DNA of 64,000 nucleotides. Origin: Balanoglossus misakiensis. Its lineage: Eukaryota; Animalia; Hemichordata. This document shows positions 63,771 to 64,000 of this stretch, one piece after another. Numbering within the stretch: the stretch's first letter is position 1; each line of letters begins with the position of its first letter. The stretch covers positions 8,658,380 through 8,722,379 of the forward strand of contig CM082591.2 of assembly GCA_040954595.2 (NCBI GenBank), given 5' to 3'. The notes under the pieces were generated by a model that worked only from the letters and a program-made list of their open reading frames with translations, was not told the origin of the DNA and did not search any database. The translations under genes and the position numbers were made by a program.

Positions 63771-64000
63771 TGTTATATTTGCATATTTAAAATGTCATAC
63801 CATATGATATCAGTTGAATTGATGATATTGAAAGGCAGAGTTGCCACAATTTGGCACATTTAGCCTAAAATGGAACTCAACAATAAAACGAGACGATCCA
63901 TGTATTCACACTGTATACTATAAGTCGGTTATACATGGTATAATTTTTTTTATGTACATCTATACCAGCTCCGGATAGATTGTTGACATTTATCCTCTTC

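Overview
AT-rich animal (invertebrate-like) nuclear DNA. The left 36 kb holds the 3' part of one large spliced + strand gene. It has at least 27 short phase-0 exons, each encoding about one ankyrin repeat, then a single 3.3-kb terminal exon encoding degenerate LRRs, a Roc GTPase and COR, with no kinase (a kinase-less ANK-LRR-Roc-COR Roco protein; the 5' end lies outside the window). Its introns are full of MITEs, long hairpins and Helentron-like repeats. One intron holds a nested stack: Tigger-like MITE > foldback element > Ngaro/DIRS remnant whose middle is replaced by an inverted zinc-finger/TatD-nuclease fragment. The right 28 kb is a transposon cluster: an RTEX-like LINE with an open ORF2, a Gypsy LTR element with an ISL2EU transposon inserted at the edge of its PBS, a Tx1/L1 LINE fragment flanked by a ~200-bp direct duplication, and a ~170-bp satellite array. 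All calls come from manual reading; no database searches were run.
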